Shown here piece after piece: positions 63,815-64,000 of a stretch of 64,000 nucleotides of DNA. The notes beneath the pieces are model-generated. The model had not been told where the DNA came from. It was given only the letters and a program-made list of their open reading frames with translations, and searched no databases. The position numbers were made by a program, and so were the translations under genes. The DNA is taken from contig CM106586.1 in assembly GCA_048013815.1 (NCBI GenBank), positions 7,750,001-7,814,000 of the forward strand. The letters are read 5' to 3'. The DNA comes from Setoptus koraiensis. Lineage: Eukaryota > Animalia > Arthropoda. Every line of letters begins with the position of its first letter. The stretch's first letter is position 1.

Positions 63815-64000
63815 CCTGACTCGGAAGAACATTCAGAGGATATTGATAATCCTTGCTATATGGTCTGAAAGCGAGGCGCTGATTGAGGTATTTCCTGTTC
63901 TTGTCTTCGCTTTATTATAGCTTATAGTGAGCAATATGTAGCTAACGTGTGGTAGTTGAGTGAATAATAAATAAATTCCATTGATCAGCCTGTCAGTTAG

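Overview
Eukaryotic (arthropod-type) genomic DNA with no prokaryotic features. Very few and very short introns, dense housekeeping clusters and polyQ/polyN-rich neural genes suggest a genome-streamlined acariform mite, possibly eriophyoid (inference). Genes in order: the first coding exon of an SK (KCNN) potassium channel on the minus strand, with a ~1190-aa low-complexity N-terminus and remaining exons not found in the 15 kb downstream; a decayed secreted-protein gene; CDC73/parafibromin; EPRS; PSMG2; SERINC; calmodulin; colmedin (collagen-Ig-olfactomedin); GH30 glucosylceramidase; two tandem BTB-BACK-Kelch paralogs; an orphan secreted Asn-rich ORF; a MITE-like foldback; a CD36/SR-B receptor; and a novel-class PKC pseudogene. 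Best leads: (1) a minimal EPRS with neither the GST-like domain nor any WHEP repeat; (2) a Kelch tandem duplication that carried along a GBA fragment and core promoter, with coding sequence diverging much faster than flanking DNA; (3) an intron-bearing PKC fossil among nearly intronless genes; (4) large non-coding domains rich in GGGCCC words, short perfect hairpins and 10-11 bp stutter repeats. Most short ORFs in the track are low-complexity artefacts. All counts were made by eye.
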